The notes: generated by a model from the sequence alone, not told the origin. 64,000 nt of DNA from an uncultured Rivularia sp. (GCA_963665115.1 OY762007.1:7488001-7552000); one strand, 5' to 3'; numbered from the stretch's first letter, positions 19,017 through 31,473 are shown. Made by a program: numbers and translations.

Positions 19017-19622
19017 ATGCGAACAATTACAGATTCTGCCTACAATCAATCACCAACACCAGCAAACCAAGCTTATTCAGCTTCGGTACCGTTGAGTGTG
19101 TACCGTGAATTAGCCGCAGAGTTACAAGCGACACAAGTGACAATACATCAGCTTAATCAACAAAACGAACATTTAGCACAAGAAAACAACGTACTTCGTC
19201 AAGAAATCGCTAAAACCATTAATGCTGTTCTACATTTACAAAATGCAGCTAATTCTTCTGCGAATGTTGCCTACAATAGCAGTCCGTTGCCTTCTTTCGA
19301 TCGAGGAGCAGTAGAAATAAACCAGAAGCAATATGCACCACAGAAACGACAACATCCACGTCAACAGGTAGCTCCAAAGCCAGTAAAACGTCATTCGCAT
19401 AGATCGCCAGTTGCTCCTCAAGTAACTGAATATATTGAACCCTTACCAGAACCAATATTTATAGAAGAAGAACAAGTAAGCTATTATTACGATGATGAAT
19501 CAAAAAATTCACAAGTCAGCGGCTGGTGGCTGATTTTTGCAATTGTCTTTATTATTGTTATGGGTTTTGGTGCGGGTTATGTAGTTGTACGTCCTCTTTT
19601 AGAAAATCACACTCGCAACTAG
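19017..19622 (+). CDS. Coiled-coil protein with C-terminal TM anchor
   Basis: Heptad region ELAAELQATQVTIHQLNQQNEHLAQENNVLRQEI; hydrophobic tail. Confidence 0.75.
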   Translation: MRTITDSAYNQSPTPANQAYSASVPLSVYRELAAELQATQVTIHQLNQQNEHLAQENNVLRQEIAKTINAVLHLQNAANSSANVAYNSSPLPSFDRGAVEINQKQYAPQKRQHPRQQVAPKPVKRHSHRSPVAPQVTEYIEPLPEPIFIEEEQVSYYYDDESKNSQVSGWWLIFAIVFIIVMGFGAGYVVVRPLLENHTRN

Positions 19623-20033
19623 TTGTTGAATTCAAGATTTTAGATTTTTATTTATAGTTGAAAAGTTGATTCTAAAACCTATAGAATAAGCCAATTAATC
19701 GGCAGGCTAAAGTATCAAAAACAATATATTGATATTGGTCATAAAACGATAAATTAAGGCAGAAAAATTATTTCTTTAATATTAAAATAATTGTATATAA
19801 TTTTCTACAGTCAGATAAAATAAGGTATGTGTCAGTTTATTATTAAGCTTACGCAATTGTATTAAAAAATCTGCTCTAATTTTCTGAACAAAGTAGCAGA
19901 TAGCCTAAGTTGCTATCGCTTGGAAGATCGCTTTTTGAAAAACAGCAAATGATACAAATTAATTGAATTGAGTTTGCCAGTTACCTTATGAGACTGGGGA
20001 TCTGGTTAGATAGATAAAGCGAAATATTTGTAA

Positions 20034-20384
<351 letters not shown>

Positions 20385-20552
20385 CTAAGTAATGAAGTTT
20401 GAAGTCTGAAGTCTGAAGGAACTCATATCTTGCGCCAGTATCAGAAACCCGGTTTCTTTTTGGTTAGATAACGACATATCGAATGTTTTCACGAATAGAA
20501 ACCGGGTTTCTTTGGGCTGAATCATTCTTCATTCTTTAAACTTCATTTTGAT

Positions 20553-21125
20553 TTATGGTTCTAATTTTTCTAACTGGGGAAGTAAACCCGTGAGAGCTTT
20601 ACCTCGATGACTAATTGAGCGCTTCACCTCTGAAGTCATCTCGGCAAAAGTTAATTGCGAATCTGGTACGTAAAAAACTGGATCGTAGCCGAAACCATTA
20701 TCACCGCGAGTTTCATGAAGAATCTCACCGCGACAAATACCTTCAGACTCCAAAGCAATGGTGCCATCAGGGCGGGCAATGGCGATCGCACAAGCAAATT
20801 GTGCGCCTCTATTGGTTTCGTTTCCTAATTCTTTCAATAACCTAGCAATACGTTGGGAATCATTGGCACCGTAGCGTGCTGAATAAACCCCTGGTGCGCC
20901 ATTTAATGCATCTACTTGCAACCCAGAATCATCAGCTATAGCCCAATTATTAGTAGCAATTGCAATTTCAGAAGCTTTTAGGCGAGCATTAGCTGCAAAA
21001 GTATCGCCAGTTTCTTCAACTTCTAATTCTTGCGGCTTAAGAACTAATTCCCAATTTAAATCCGCAAGATATTTTTGCAATTCTTTTAATTTACCGGGAT
21101 TTGATGTGGCTACGACTAGTTGCAT
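20553..21125 (-). CDS. rdgB: Non-canonical purine NTP pyrophosphatase (RdgB/HAM1)
   Basis: ATSNPGK, ADDSGL, GAPGVYSAR, GFGYDPVF, SHRG. Confidence 0.95.
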   Translation of the reverse strand: MQLVVATSNPGKLKELQKYLADLNWELVLKPQELEVEETGDTFAANARLKASEIAIATNNWAIADDSGLQVDALNGAPGVYSARYGANDSQRIARLLKELGNETNRGAQFACAIAIARPDGTIALESEGICRGEILHETRGDNGFGYDPVFYVPDSQLTFAEMTSEVKRSISHRGKALTGLLPQLEKLEP

Positions 21126-21356
21126 AAATCAATTCGATTTTAGATTGGGCATAGGGCATGGGGGACATGGGGAATTGGGCATTGGGCATGGGGCATTAGG
21201 AATTGGATAGCTCGAAGTAAATAGTTATTTATATAGAAAATCCTAGCTCTTAACTCTTAACTCCTAACTCCTAACTCTTAACTCCTAACTTCTAATTTTC
21301 TTATCTCCCCATCTCCTTGTCCCCTTGTCTCCCCCTCCCCCCATCATCCCATCAAA

Positions 21357-22793
21357 TCAGTCCGCCCAACTTTTAGCCCAAGCCAAGGTTTTATGTACCT
21401 CCTGGAGGGTAGATGCTTCGCAGTATAAGCGTAAAACTGGTTCGGTTCCGCTGAAGCGAATCATTAACCAGCTGTCGTCATCAAGACGGAATTTGTAACC
21501 GTCAATTGTTTTACAATCAACTACTTGCTTTCCGGCAATTTCTTTTAGTGGTTCTTTTTGCAATTGCTGCAAAAGCCGCTCTCTTGCTTCCATCCCTGAA
21601 AGAGGTAAGTCGATGCGATCGTATGCTGAATTAAAATTAACTTGTTTTTGTAGATGACTGTAATAGTCACCTAAATCCATTCCCGATTCTACGATGGCTT
21701 CTAATACATATAATGCACTAAGCAATGCATCGCGTTCGGGAATATGGCTTCCATAACCAATTCCACCCGACTCTTCACCACCTAACAAAACTTCTGCATC
21801 CAACATTCTATCGGCAATGTACTTATAACCTACGGGGGTTTCGTACAGCGACAAGTTATGCAGTTTTGCTACTAAAGGAATTAAGTCAGAGCCGCTGACT
21901 GTTTTAACGATTTCGCCGGTGAATCCGCGTCTTTGAGTCAAATGGTCAATTAATATGGGAATCAAGATTTGCGAACTGAGGAAGTTACCGTTCCCATCTA
22001 CAGCCGCAATTCTGTCACAATCACCATCAAATACTAATCCCACTGATAAACCTTCGGGGTTAGCTTGACGATGATTTTTAATTACATTTATAAACTTAGA
22101 AATATACTTCGGTAAAGGTTCGGGGGCACCACCTTCAAATAACGGATCGCGATCGCTGTTTATTTCTTGGACTTTATCCCCTAAAAGCATTCCCAATCCA
22201 CCTGCGGATGCACCATGCATTGCATCAGTAAATAAAGTCAGCTTTCCCGAACTTATGGCATCTCGAATTTTAGCAATATTAACTTTGCCTTCTAACCCTT
22301 GAGTATAGCTGTGCCAAGGATCGAAAGTTTCTAGCTTGCCTTTTTCTCTATTTAAAGATACTTCTTGTGTGAGCAAACTTTCAATTTCCTTAGTTACTTC
22401 CGACGGTACCGAACCACCGAAACAACTTTTAACCTTTAATCCTAAATACTTCCCTGGATTGTGAGAAGCTGTAATAACTAATGCTCCTAAAGCATTTTGA
22501 GCTTTTGCTGCCCAGCTAAAAGCTGGAGTTGGAGCAAAATCTTCAGTCAAAACAACATCGAACCCAGCATCCATGACAATATCGGCTAAAAACCGAGCAA
22601 AATCTTCCGCCATAAATCGGCGATCGTGACCAATAATAATGGTACGATTACCTACCATCTTTCCGTATGTATTTAATAATACTTGCGCGGCGACTGGTGC
22701 AACTAAGGCTAAACGTTCAAAAGTGAACTCATCGCCAATAACGCCGCGCCATCCGTCGGTACCAAACTTAATGGATTTACTGGCAACAGGCAT
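21357..22793 (-). CDS. Phosphoglucomutase/phosphomannomutase
   Basis: FGTDGWRG, TASHNP, DGDCDR, GGEESGG, RFSGTEP. Confidence 0.93.
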   Translation of the reverse strand: MPVASKSIKFGTDGWRGVIGDEFTFERLALVAPVAAQVLLNTYGKMVGNRTIIIGHDRRFMAEDFARFLADIVMDAGFDVVLTEDFAPTPAFSWAAKAQNALGALVITASHNPGKYLGLKVKSCFGGSVPSEVTKEIESLLTQEVSLNREKGKLETFDPWHSYTQGLEGKVNIAKIRDAISSGKLTLFTDAMHGASAGGLGMLLGDKVQEINSDRDPLFEGGAPEPLPKYISKFINVIKNHRQANPEGLSVGLVFDGDCDRIAAVDGNGNFLSSQILIPILIDHLTQRRGFTGEIVKTVSGSDLIPLVAKLHNLSLYETPVGYKYIADRMLDAEVLLGGEESGGIGYGSHIPERDALLSALYVLEAIVESGMDLGDYYSHLQKQVNFNSAYDRIDLPLSGMEARERLLQQLQKEPLKEIAGKQVVDCKTIDGYKFRLDDDSWLMIRFSGTEPVLRLYCEASTLQEVHKTLAWAKSWAD

Positions 22794-23171
22794 TTGATTA
22801 TCCTATATTTAATTTCTACTCGATGGATTCTAGCATTTACTTTATACAAGGGTTAAAAAAGTTTTACGTAAAATTGTAAAACCTAAGTAAAGATTTTTAT
22901 TAATTGTCTATCCAAAACGTTAGTTATGATACAATTCCTAATTAAAAACGATAGCTTACAATATGCTGGCTATATCAATTTTTACCTATTTACTTGGTAG
23001 AAATTATCCTAGATCCCTTTTAACTTCAACTTCTAAAAATAAACGTAAAAGTATAGCTGTCAAACATCATTATCCAAGTAGCAAGACGGTAGAGAAACAC
23101 TTAAATAAAGCAACCAACCGCCGTGAAAGGATGTTTGACAGCAACACAAAATATACACACCCTGTTTTCCC

Positions 23172-23693
23172 TTAAAAATCGTCCACAAGCTCGCTCATGC
23201 GTCTGATTAAAGGGTCTTCCTCTTCATGAGGAGTTTTTATGTCGTAAGCTTGTACAGGAGTATTATTCAATACTTCCGGTACAGTTGATTGATTTGCAGG
23301 CTGAACGACTGAACCTTGATTGACCATCATCGCCAACTGAGCCACTTGCTGACTAAGCTGTGTCAAGTGTTGTTCCATCGTCGCCAAGCGATTTGATTCC
23401 CTAGTAAAGAAACGTTCCTCAAGGTCAGCTATTTTTCTTTCCAGGTCAGAAATATATTCTCCCACCTCAGACGGTGGCTTCGGTTTTGGTGTTGGTGCTG
23501 CTGTTGGTTGCGGATCTGGTCGCACAGATTCCGGCACGCACAAAGCTTGCCATAAAGCTTCTTTACAGAGGTCGCTGAAAGTCTTATCAGGCTCTTTTTC
23601 TAAGTGCCTTTCAACTACATCTAGCAAGCTTTCATCCGCTACCCCTGGATTGAACGTAACCGATTTAACTACTTTTTTTGACCATTGGAACAT
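23172..23693 (-). CDS. ParR-like partner of the chromosomal actin (CorR-type), centromere-binding-protein family
   Basis: Starts 5 bp after the actin gene; short aromatic/basic N-terminus, RHH-like segment (TFSDLCKEALWQAL), coiled coil, acidic C-terminal tip. Confidence 0.7.
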   Translation of the reverse strand: MFQWSKKVVKSVTFNPGVADESLLDVVERHLEKEPDKTFSDLCKEALWQALCVPESVRPDPQPTAAPTPKPKPPSEVGEYISDLERKIADLEERFFTRESNRLATMEQHLTQLSQQVAQLAMMVNQGSVVQPANQSTVPEVLNNTPVQAYDIKTPHEEEDPLIRRMSELVDDF

Positions 23694-23698
23694 TAGTT

Positions 23699-24851
23699 TT
23701 AAGACCTAGAAGAGCGACTGGCCGATAATTGTGCCTCTCCATAAATATACTGCCCCAAGGCGTTAGCTTGCCGGGAAGGTGCAGCTAAATGAGCATTAAT
23801 TTTTGCTTCTTTAAGTAAACGTTGAACGTCTTCCCAGAAAAATTCACCACCACCCCCGGTGAGAATTACATCAGTAACACGTTCTGGCAGCCATGCTAAA
23901 ACACGAGTGCAGATTTCCCGCGAAAACATTTCGATTAAATTGGGAAGAAAATCATCTAAATTAGTAGGCTTGCTCGAACCTCTAGGACGATAGAAGCGTT
24001 CGCCTTTGGGCTTATTTACCGCAGCAATCAAGGATAAAGACTGACTATCAGCACCTTCAATTTCGGCGGCTACTAATTCGTAAAACTTACTCATGCCAAA
24101 GTCTTCACTCTTAGAAGCACCTCTTGCAAAACGGAAGTTATCTACCATTAAGCAATCTGTAGTTTGGTGTCCAATGTCTACAATAGCCGCAGAAACTTTA
24201 GTAAAGTCCGCTGCTCCAGGTGCTTTCTTCGGCTGGGATTCACACCATAGTAAGCTACCGTAGCCCTCTGGCATCACCCAAACTTTAGTCACATTAATTG
24301 TAACTTCTTCGCCACGAAAGTTCATGACATGGGGGCCAGTAACTTGAGATATCAGTTGTGCTTTTTCCTTTTCAAATTGTTCTTGAGAAAGGTAAGGAAG
24401 ACCCAGAATTACTGAAATTTCATCTTTGAGTTTGAAGTATCCAGCACTTGCCAACACTTTGATCAGTGCAGCTTCAACCTTAGATTGACCTACTCCTAAA
24501 TCGGCTCCAAAGTCTGCTGCTAGTTGACCTACAGCATAACCATTACCTTGGTATTCCAGCCAAAGATCCATCAAAGGGGTCTGTTGCACGAGCTTCAAAA
24601 ACTCCTCCTCGTACTTGTTCCATTGTCATTTGCTTGACATTGGAAGATACAAAAACCACGCTCGAAGGCTCGCGACTCACGGTGGTTTTGGTGGAAGTTC
24701 GACCAAGGTCTACACTAAGAATATTTTTACTCCCACCACTACTAGTATTAGTAAGTTTGGGAGTTGTATTAATCGGAGTAGATGCCGTTACTCTATTCAT
24801 TGGTATAGCAGCGGCATTCATCGGGGTAGCAGCGGAAGGTTGGTCTGTCAT
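23699..24851 (-). CDS. ParM/StbA-family actin-like ATPase (CorM-type), split by one extra base at 24573-24579
   Basis: Phosphate-1 SVDLGRTSTK, PEGYG, phosphate-2 VDIGHQTTD, adenosine LTGGGG. Removing one base joins the two ORFs as ...RATDPLMDLWLEYQG. Confidence 0.85.
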
Positions 24852-26193
24852 GGAAATTCCTAGTTTCTACTTAGCTCTAAACAAGTTACCATGCTAATCT
24901 CACTTGCATTTATTTATCATCCATTCACTGACAGGTGTCAACTCTAATTGAAGCTTAAGCAAAATTTACTTAAGTACCTCACTTAGGGCTATTGTCGCTG
25001 TTCTGGAATGAGTTAACAAAAAACAAATGATAACAAAGTTATTTGAAGCCCGTTTTAGAGGGCAGTAAGTTTACCTAAAACGCCCTTTGAAGGCAATTTT
25101 TTTGTCTTCTCTTACTTTCGTCTCGACTTCTGTTTTATCGCTTTAATCCTAAGCGACATAGCCACATTATCTTTGTAGAATTGTTGAGACGGGTGGCAAG
25201 TGACTTAACAAACTACTCTATAACTGACTACTGTCTTGTTGCTTTTTCTGAGTATATTAGCAAACCTACCCATGTATCGCCACCATGTATGTGTAAAACA
25301 GGTAAGTTGTTTTCGGTGTATTGCTGATGTACTTATGAATTTTAAATCACACAGATTATCCGTAAGCTACATATCAATATCATTAAAAGTACCAAGCCAT
25401 TGTTTTCACAAACTTTTGACTGGTTTGAATATTGCTTAAAATGATTGCCTTATAGCTATGCCTATTCTCATTAACAAAGCGTTAACCTTCTGGGACATTT
25501 TTTAGGCTCTGCTTTGTTGCTTTTTGACCATAAATCTATTTCTCCACAAATATTAATCGATGAAATATTCGATACACTCAACTTCAATACTATATTTTAA
25601 ATTGTGACAGTATTCCTTAGAAATTAACTGAATGCATATTCCATAAAAAGTGCATTATTTTAGTGTCAAGAATCAAGTTCAATTGACTACAACTATAGAA
25701 ATTTTTTTATTATCCGCTCTCGGGGTTTGTTGTCAAGACGAAAAAAGTCACAAGCCAGATGTACTTACTCATGAAAGCAAGCGATACTTCAAGTCTAATG
25801 TTCTAAACATCAAGATAGCCCCAACTCCTGCGAAGAAGTTGAGGCTAAACGGAACGCGCTAGGAAGATTAAAATTCCCGCTTCAGTTAACCGCATTAATC
25901 CCGATAAATAATAAAGATTCGTAGTGCGAAGCCTGTCCGCCTTTGATATGCATCTTGTTTGATGCTTGAAAATCAGAAAGCCTTCCGGCGAACACTACAA
26001 ATGGCGTGACGTACCTACATTGATTCAAAGAATACGATGTAGGCTTCTCGGCGACTCCTCTGAGAGAACATTGACCGAGCTTTTAAGCCCTACGCCCTAG
26101 GGACTTTTTGTCAAATTGTTTTTTGAAGTTGTAGGCTGCATTTCTGCATTTAATTGGATTACACCTACCTTTGAATAATACCATAAATCTTGA

Positions 26194-26251
26194 CTCGGCT
26201 TTCATCTCACACTTCCCATTCCGGGTAAGATGTGAGACTACGGAGCCGAGA
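26194..26251. terminator. Long imperfect hairpin at the 3' end of the oxidoreductase gene
   Basis: ctcggct..tctcaca..ctt / aag..tgtgaga..agccgag. Confidence 0.5.
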
Positions 26252-26287
26252 ATGTTAACTGTAAAAATTCATCAAACGCAGCACTAC

Positions 26288-27370
26288 TTAGATAGTAGGA
26301 CTGAAAGACTGCATTATTGGCTCAGATTGACTATCTAATGGGTTCCAAACTTTGTCAGATACAGCCATTTGTTCGATTAAGCTGGCTAATCTAAGAGCTT
26401 TGAGAGCTTGTTCGCCGCCAACAGAAGGTTGATTGCCACCCCGCACGCAATTGACAAAGTGTTCAAGCTCGGCCCTTAATGCTTCTACATTTGAAGTGTA
26501 GACTTTTTCGATCGAACCATCTTGCCTATAGGATTGTTGAAAATCTGTTGCCGAGTTAGATGTAGGATATCGGTGAATCCAAATTTCATTTTTGAGGAAA
26601 TCAGCCTCGGTAAATGAACTTTTGCAGTGAGCTACTATTCTGCGTATTTTACGGTGAGTGATTTTACTAGCAGTCAAGGTAGCAACAATACCATTAGCAA
26701 ACCCCAAAGTAGCAGTTACATAATCTAAATAGGTAGAGTTCGGAGTACGAGTTCCACTAGCTGATAGCTTAACCACTGGTGCGGCAGCTAATTCTAAAAG
26801 CAAATCAATGTCATGAATCATCAAATCTAGAACGACTGAGACATCATTCGCCCGATTGGAATAAGGACTCATTCTATGAGCTTCTAGCGCCAGTAATTCC
26901 TCGTTTTTAAGAACTTTAGTTAGTTCTCCAAAAGCTGGCTTGAAGCGCTCTATATGACCTACTTGTAAGATACAGCCAGATTCTGCTGCGGCATTGACTA
27001 AAGATTCTGCTTCAGAAATATTAGCAGCGATTGGCTTTTCAATCAGAACGTGGATTCCTGCTAGTAGACAATTTATACCGACGGCATAATGTAGACGAGT
27101 AGGAACGGCAATACAAACCGCATCTACATGAGGTAACAACTCGCAGTAATCCTCAAAAAACTTAATTTTGAAATTACTGGCGGTTTCTAACCCTCGTTCA
27201 ACATTCACATCGGATACACCAACTAGTTCCACATCTTTCATCGAACTTAGTACACGGGTATGATGTTGTCCCATGTTGCCAACACCAATCACACCTACAC
27301 GAAGTGGGCGCGGTTGATGACGCTGTACGTATCCATTTTGTTCTCGCGCTGACATGCTGCTATCTTGCAC
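26288..27370 (-). CDS. Gfo/Idh/MocA-family oxidoreductase
   Basis: GVIGVGNMG, IEKP, GHIERF, DLMIHDID. Confidence 0.92.
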   Translation of the reverse strand: MQDSSMSAREQNGYVQRHQPRPLRVGVIGVGNMGQHHTRVLSSMKDVELVGVSDVNVERGLETASNFKIKFFEDYCELLPHVDAVCIAVPTRLHYAVGINCLLAGIHVLIEKPIAANISEAESLVNAAAESGCILQVGHIERFKPAFGELTKVLKNEELLALEAHRMSPYSNRANDVSVVLDLMIHDIDLLLELAAAPVVKLSASGTRTPNSTYLDYVTATLGFANGIVATLTASKITHRKIRRIVAHCKSSFTEADFLKNEIWIHRYPTSNSATDFQQSYRQDGSIEKVYTSNVEALRAELEHFVNCVRGGNQPSVGGEQALKALRLASLIEQMAVSDKVWNPLDSQSEPIMQSFSPTI

Positions 27371-28126
27371 TCTAATTTTCTCTCCTCAACCACCAACTTA
27401 AAAACGCTACAATCGTTGACTTTTATACTTTATTGCCAAAAAAGTAGCCACCTAAAACCATCCAGATGGTAACATAGAGGCTCTATTTATGAAGAATTTC
27501 AAAGTTTGCTATGAGTTCCCGATATCTGTTTTTATTTTGTATAGTCCGTTTTTCTCGATGATTTTTTTAATTCTTCACAAAAAAAATATAATCTCTTCCC
27601 ATTAGCTTCAAATTTGCGATAATATTTTTAAGCTGTTGGCAATGTCATGAATAAGCAATAATAGGGAATATTACGATTATTTTATACAGATATTTTAGCT
27701 TAAGGATAATTATTTGGATGTCAGAACAATAACGTAGATAAGACGAAATAGTGAATATATGACCGATTATAGAACAAATTTAAACTTAAATTTAAATTTA
27801 AGTTTAAGTATTTAGTAAAAATATCTTATGGGTTTCAAATCATTAAAGTATAACAAATATTTATCAAAATAATTGATTGTAGAGAATCTCAAACATCTTT
27901 CACAGCAATGTTTTTAATACTCCTAAATATTAAACTAAGATTTAAAAAGTCCGCATATAAAAAGCCACTTTGCGAAATGTAAGACAGTTTTTGCAAATCT
28001 CTACAATTAATAATAATGAATTTAGAGCGAATATAAACAACTATTATAATTTCAGTTTTTTTGATCGGTAAAATATTTAAAATCAGATATTTTAAGGTAG
28101 AGTAGTGCGAAAAACTAGTAATAAAA

Positions 28127-28810
28127 ATGAAAGCTATTATTTTATTATCTGGAGGGCTTGATTCTTCCACGGTTTTATATCAAGCCCTAGCTGATGGATA
28201 TGAATGTTACGCTATAAGCTTTGATTATCAACAAAGACATAGAAAGGAACTGCAATCAGCACTTTCCATAGCGGAAAAAGCTGGTGTTGCCGAGCATCAG
28301 ACGATCAAATTTGATTTAACGCAATGGGGTGGTTCGGCACTTACAGATAATTCTATTGATTTACCTCAAGAGCGTTCCTTGAAGGAAATGTCTCGAAATA
28401 TTCCCGTAACTTATGTTCCTGCAAGAAATACTATATTTTTGAGCTTTGCTTCAGCATATGCCGAAACTATCGCCGCAGAAAAAGTTTACATTGGCGTAAA
28501 TGCTTTAGATTATTCTGGATACCCCGATTGTCGTCCCGATTATATTCAAGCGATGCAAGAGGTATTTCGCTTAGGAACCAAACAAGGGCGTGAAGGAAAT
28601 CCCATCAATATCATCACACCTCTAATCGATTTGAAAAAAACTGAAATTATTGAATTAGGTAATAAATTAGGAGTTCCCTGGGAGCTAACTTGGTCTTGCT
28701 ATAGCGGTGGTGAGGTAGCCTGCGGTGTCTGCGATTCTTGTCGCTTACGTCTGGCTGCCTTCGACGAATTAGGATTAAGCGACCCGTTGGAGTATGAGGT
28801 TAGAGGTTAA
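28127..28810 (+). CDS. queC: 7-cyano-7-deazaguanine synthase
   Basis: SGGLDS, YVPARN, GYPDCR, TWSCY...CGVCDSC. Confidence 0.95.
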   Translation: MKAIILLSGGLDSSTVLYQALADGYECYAISFDYQQRHRKELQSALSIAEKAGVAEHQTIKFDLTQWGGSALTDNSIDLPQERSLKEMSRNIPVTYVPARNTIFLSFASAYAETIAAEKVYIGVNALDYSGYPDCRPDYIQAMQEVFRLGTKQGREGNPINIITPLIDLKKTEIIELGNKLGVPWELTWSCYSGGEVACGVCDSCRLRLAAFDELGLSDPLEYEVRG

Positions 28811-28951
28811 AGGTTAAAGGTCAAAGGTTAAAGGTCAAAGGTTAAAGGTTAAAGGTCAAAGGTTAAAGGTCAAAGGTTAAAGGTCAAAGGTTAAAGGTCA
28901 AAGGTTAAAGGTCAAAGGTTAAAGGTCAAAGGTTAAAGGTCAAAGGTTAAA
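28805..28951. repeat. Heptamer tandem repeat (GGTTAAA/GGTCAAA) x21; shorter copy at about 55649-55702
   Basis: Units counted directly; largely alternating variants give a 14-bp period. Confidence 0.95.
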
Positions 28952-29113
28952 GGTCTGAGGGGAGAGGGGGAGAAAGGGAGAGGGGGAGAGGGGGAGACAA
29001 GGGGAAATTAGTTCCTAACTCACTACTCACTACTGACCACTCATAACTCCTAACTCCTAACTCGCTACTTACTACTCCTAACTCCTAACTCGCTACTTAC
29101 TACTCCTAACTCC

Positions 29114-30455
29114 TCACAGCCTTCTTATTTGAATCTGCTGTAAGCGAGGCCCCTGTTACTGAGGCGACTGTAAATTCTAAGTTTTTATAGCGGAAACTTT
29201 CGCCAATAATAGGAATTTTTTGTAGCTGATACAGCATGAAGCCTCCGAGTGTTTGATATTCTTTTGTTAAAGGTAAATTGAGTTCTAACACTTCGTTGAG
29301 GTCTTCCAAGTTTATTTGTGCTTGTACTAGAAAAGTCTGCTCGTCTAACATCTTGATCAGTAGGTCATTGCTGTTTTGTGTTTCGCCTATGTCACCAATG
29401 ATTTGAGCAACTATATCCTGAATCGTTACTAATCCTACCGTACCGCCAAATTCATCTACGACTACGACCATAGCAAGCTTTTCTTGCTGCATCATAGGCA
29501 ATAGTTCGTTTAAAGGTGTATGTTCTGGTACAAACCTTGCAGGACGCATATAGGAATGAATTTGTGTATCTAAGGTCAGTTGCCCTAATGCTAAAGGCTG
29601 TGTCAAATCTTTAAAGTAGACAACACCGCGAATATCATCTAAAGATTCCCCAAATATTGGGTAGCAAGAATGACCAGCATCTGCCATTTCTTCGAGGAAA
29701 ATTTGTAAAGTTGTGTTTTTAGATAGGGCTACTATAGTGCTGCGAGGAACCATCACGGCTTGAACCGTCACTTCCCCAAACTCAAAAATATTTTTTAGTA
29801 GTTCTCGCTCTCTTGCTCTTAACCCTGTGGATTCTCTTTCTGTAGAAATAATTAACAATAATTCTTCTGGAGTAACTGGTGGCCTCCAGCTTTTACCAGT
29901 GTATTCAATACCGAATAGCCGTAATAGGAAACGAGTTGATTGATTAAGAATCCAAATAAAGGGGCTAAAAAATCTGACAATAGCTGTAACTGAAGGTCCC
30001 AAAAACCTTGCTAACTCTTCCGAGTAAAGCATGGCTACGGATTTCGGACATAATTCACCTAGAACTATTTGTAAATAAGCTATCAAGAAAAAACTGATTG
30101 GAATTGATAGGGAATGAGCGAGGAAAAGATTTATTCCCTCCGGTACGGGTAAAGAAATAAGCCATACATTAATCAGTTCAACAATCGTATTTTCTCCAAT
30201 CCATCCCAGTGCCAAACTTGAAAGAGTAATGCCCAACTGGGTTGTGGACAGCAGTCTATCAATGCTTCGTTGCAGTACCTCGACTGCGATCGCCTGAATA
30301 TCCCCAGCTTGAACCAACTGATGAATGCGCGATCGCCGTACTGTCACCATTGAAAATTCTGCGGTGACAAAAAAGGCATTGATGGCAATAAGAAGTACGA
30401 CTGATAACAATCTCAGCCCTACTTCCGTCCAATTTAAATTATGAAGACCATCCAC
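29114..30455 (-). CDS. CNNM/HlyC-CorC (hemolysin-family, CBS domain) transporter
   Basis: NAFFVTAEFS, TTQLGITL, LGELCPKS, VVDEFGG, YQTLGG. One extra G at 29150-29153; the corrected end reads VTGPRLQQIQIRRL with stop at 29114. Confidence 0.9.
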
Positions 30456-30600
30456 CGCCTTTTCTCATGTAAAACACAAACCCCGTCGTCATGGCTAATT
30501 CCTTGATACTGAAATTTTAGATTAAGGGGATTCATCTTGATTTCAATTTGAATTCCAATATTTAACCGAAACAGAATCTCACATTCAATATTCCCCTTGT

Positions 30601-31302
30601 CTACTTTTCTACAGGAATATTTGATACTTCCAAGCGTAATTTCTGTGCCGGATAATCTGTAAGGGCTAAGGAAATCCGTTTGACATCATCAAGTAAAGCT
30701 GTGGGAATACTGACGGTACCGTAATGTGTTGAGCCATTGGAAGCTAATTCCGATGGTAAACCTTCTGTGGAAGCACTTAAAGTTCTTCCTTTATCATCGG
30801 TAACATCTAGGAAACTGTAAAGGAAGCGTACTGAATTATCACTTTTGTTATCCATTTTTACTTTCAGCAATAAAGCACCTCCCGAATACCGGGCTGACTG
30901 CACTGAAAGTGTTACACCTTCGCTTTCGGCTTTCACAGGAAATCCTGCTTGGAGTTTTTCTTCGGCTTCAGGTGGCTTCTGTTCTCGTTTGCGTTTAGTA
31001 TCTTTTTTCCCTTCTTCTAAGTCATCGACTTTTTTTGATTTAGCCGCTTTAGTTTTACCTTCAATGCGTGCTTTAACAAGTTTAAGCACTTCTGATTCTT
31101 TGACAAAGGTTACTCCTTCTTTGTCTTGACCACCACTTGTCCCTTTTCTAGCAAATTTGGTGGTGGGACGGGCATCTGGTGCCGTGACACCTTTAAGAGC
31201 CGCACTTCCTAAAGTAAACCCCCAAAAGGCACTTACGGAACCAGCCCCTAACATCAGGGTTAGCAGAATTAACGTTAGAAGTACAGTGGAATTTAGTTTC
31301 AT
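30601..31302 (-). CDS. Hypothetical membrane-anchored protein
   Basis: N-terminal TM helix, charged linker, beta-rich C-terminal domain. Confidence 0.75.
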   Translation of the reverse strand: MKLNSTVLLTLILLTLMLGAGSVSAFWGFTLGSAALKGVTAPDARPTTKFARKGTSGGQDKEGVTFVKESEVLKLVKARIEGKTKAAKSKKVDDLEEGKKDTKRKREQKPPEAEEKLQAGFPVKAESEGVTLSVQSARYSGGALLLKVKMDNKSDNSVRFLYSFLDVTDDKGRTLSASTEGLPSELASNGSTHYGTVSIPTALLDDVKRISLALTDYPAQKLRLEVSNIPVEK

Positions 31303-31473
31303 CGCTGAATAAATATAGCTGGAGGGGCGTAAAGATAAAGGAAAGGATATTCGTGTCGAACTTAATAAATATTAGTTTGCACTATTTTGTTATCAAATGA
31401 TGTAACATAAAATCTGGTAATTAATTAGCTAGATTACACAAAAAGGTAAACTTGCGATATAATTACTAATCAG

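Noticed and set aside
25200..26100. ncRNA or small genes upstream of the ParM-like gene
   Set aside because: Only isolated hairpins (for example about 25817-25846) and non-ATG low-quality ORFs; nothing I can assign.
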